Assembly: GCA_016839745.1 (NCBI GenBank)
Contig: JAEOTS010000172.1
Location: 1 to 17,026, forward strand
Source: Promethearchaeota archaeon
Lineage (GTDB): Archaea; Asgardarchaeota; Lokiarchaeia; Sigyniarchaeales; SOKP01
Direction of reading: 5' to 3'
Length of the DNA stretch: 17,026 nt
Notes under the pieces: model-generated
What the model was told of the DNA's origin: nothing
What the model saw: only the letters and a program-made list of their open reading frames with translations
The model's database searches: none
Position numbers and translations under genes: made by a program
Shown here: piece by piece, positions 16,132 to 17,026 of the stretch
Layout: the number at the start of each line of letters is the position of its first letter
Position numbering within the stretch: position 1 is the first letter of the stretch

Positions 16132-17026
16132 ATTTCTAATCCTCTATTTTCGCCTAGGAGAGATCAAGTTGAATGTGAAAATTGTGGATATAAGATCGTA
16201 AAGCCTTATCCAAAAAACCAACTCTGCCCAAAATGTAATAAATTTTTGCCTAATCTTTTTAAATATGTTGATAACACAGAGGTTGAAACGAAAAAACTTG
16301 ATCCTGAAGAATTCAAACCGATAACTGAAACCGCATCCTCAAGAATACAAGGTGTAAGAAGAATAGAGGTGACAAACGCAATTTCTTTAGACGATGAAAG
16401 AATCGATCTCGGAGGAAATGAATACGTAAAATTTTGTGGGATAACTTCAGTTGATAGAACTCCATTGTATGCGAGTAACAAAAAACTCCTTTATTTATTA
16501 GAATTGACCAATAATTTAGATTTCATAGCTACCAGTATTTTAGGGGGGGATCTCGACAAGATGCTCCTCAAATCTGAAAACAACGAAACAGATAAATGTC
16601 AATTCTTTGAGAAGAACCATATCATTTACATCCTTTACGGGAAATTCCCCGATAAGAAAGGTAAATGGGTTCTTGAACAAATGGCGAAATATTTCTCCGA
16701 TTTAGTTAGTGGTAAAGACGTGAACAACTTAAGTAAAATTGATAAATTTAACATAGAAAAGGAGTTTATAGGGCGTCTCCTTTATATATTTAAAGAATAC
16801 AAGCAATTACAAACGGTGTTTTCAGATCAAGAGATTCCTTATGTAGAGGATTGGATTCGATTAGATTATGTTGGTTTGTCTTCCATGTCAATAGGTGTCA
16901 TATCAGTATTACTCGATGATGAAGAACAATTGAATGTTAAATTACCAGGAGAATTTGAGAATCCCGCCGAAGAGGTAGAAATGAAAGAATCGCGTCTGAC
17001 AGCGCAAGTGGAAGCGATTGCTGCAA
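16132..17026 (+). CDS. 3'-truncated hypothetical protein: N-terminal zinc ribbon + putative longin-like domain(s); not in the ORF track
   Basis: Manual translation is stop-free from 16132 to the window end: ISNPLFSPRRDQVECENCGYKIVKPYPKNQLCPKCNKFLP...EYVKFCGITSVDRTPLYASNKKLLYLLELTNNLDFIATSILGGDLDKMLLKSENNETDKCQFFEKNHIIYILYGKFPDKKGKWVLEQMAKYFSDLV...IRLDYVGLSSMSIGVISVLL... Confidence 0.75.
   Translation, partial: MSNPLFSPRRDQVECENCGYKIVKPYPKNQLCPKCNKFLPNLFKYVDNTEVETKKLDPEEFKPITETASSRIQGVRRIEVTNAISLDDERIDLGGNEYVKFCGITSVDRTPLYASNKKLLYLLELTNNLDFIATSILGGDLDKMLLKSENNETDKCQFFEKNHIIYILYGKFPDKKGKWVLEQMAKYFSDLVSGKDVNNLSKIDKFNIEKEFIGRLLYIFKEYKQLQTVFSDQEIPYVEDWIRLDYVGLSSMSIGVISVLLDDEEQLNVKLPGEFENPAEEVEMKESRLTAQVEAIAA

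Noticed and set aside
16206-16481. Minus-strand 91-aa ORF in the track
   Set aside because: Antisense to the much longer plus-strand zinc-ribbon/longin-like frame.

Overview
AT-rich, densely coding archaeal chromosome segment. Gene content (HEAT+LRR paralogs, a gelsolin-like domain protein, a longin-like protein, AMP phosphorylase, archaeal ATP-dependent DNA ligase) points to an Asgard archaeon, probably Lokiarchaeia; this is inferred, not searched. Order: 5'-truncated helical+Ig-like protein, M24 Xaa-Pro peptidase (-), AMP phosphorylase, a complete acetone-carboxylase-type operon (acxABC), two tandem HEAT-LRR proteins, DNA ligase (-), gelsolin-domain/Pro-rich protein (-), HisC-like aminotransferase, and a 3'-truncated zinc-ribbon/longin-like gene absent from the ORF track. 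Main leads: (1) an AMP-producing ketone carboxylase directly downstream of the AMP-consuming entry enzyme of the pentose-bisphosphate/RuBisCO pathway; (2) several eukaryote-signature-like proteins with unusual architectures; (3) two genes whose conserved N-termini have no ATG/GTG/TTG start, suggesting ATT/ACG initiation. No rRNA, tRNA, CRISPR array or mobile element was seen.
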